Shown here: positions 63,830-64,000 of the stretch, piece after piece
Layout: every line of letters starts with the position of its first letter
How positions within the stretch are numbered: the first letter of the stretch is position 1
Assembly: GCA_030265395.1 (NCBI GenBank)
Contig: JARFYF010000118.1
Location: 24,765,277 to 24,829,276 of the forward strand
DNA from: Rhina ancylostomus
Lineage: Eukaryota
DNA length: 64,000 bases
Direction of reading: 5' to 3'
Position numbers and translations under genes: made by a program
The notes under the pieces: generated by a model
The model's database searches: none
What the model was told of the DNA's origin: nothing
What the model saw: the letters and a program-made list of their open reading frames with translations, nothing else

Positions 63830-64000
63830 TCTTTAATTCAGAATAATGTGTGATTATCTCATTGAAAGATACAAAACATGAGTTTGACAGAGTAGATGCA
63901 AAAGATGATGTTTTCCTGGCTGAAGTTTCTAGATCCAGTGGTCACAATCTCAAAATAAGGGGTCAGTCATTTATGACAGGGATGAGAAGAAATTTCTTCA
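63830..64000 (+). mobile_element. CR1 fragment running off the window
   Basis: gattatctcattgaaagatacaaaa...gtggtcacaatctcaaaataagggg...gatgagaagaaatttcttca. Confidence 0.7.

Overview
Vertebrate genomic DNA, very likely from a cartilaginous fish (probably a batoid), judged from the CR1/L2/Penelope/DeuSINE/V-SINE repeat content. It is a gapped draft assembly. Two genes lie tail-to-tail. On the + strand are three 3' coding exons of an SLC22A13-like organic anion transporter (494-3994). On the - strand is an apparently complete XIRP1 (Xin-alpha) locus of about 53 kb. Its 7.8-kb Xin-repeat exon (22730-14904) is preceded by a candidate non-coding exon under a MEF2/TATA promoter at about 42.4 kb. 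Reading splice sites by hand reveals two further parts. (i) Four upstream exons (58861-58823, 55782-55390, 51206-51128, 31986-31853) chain in frame into the Xin exon and add a 215-aa N-terminus resembling EPLIN/XIRP2. (ii) Downstream of the Xin exon is a LIM-domain/EPLIN-type terminal exon (from 9666) broken by stops and frameshifts. This suggests an XIRP2/'XEPLIN'-type architecture in an XIRP1 gene, with the LIM tail in the process of being lost. The rest is intron filled with retroelements, including a CpG-rich solo LTR, an inverted SINE pair flanking one exon and Penelope-type hammerhead-like cores. All homology calls come from recognising motifs from memory; no searches were run. Repeat boundaries are approximate.
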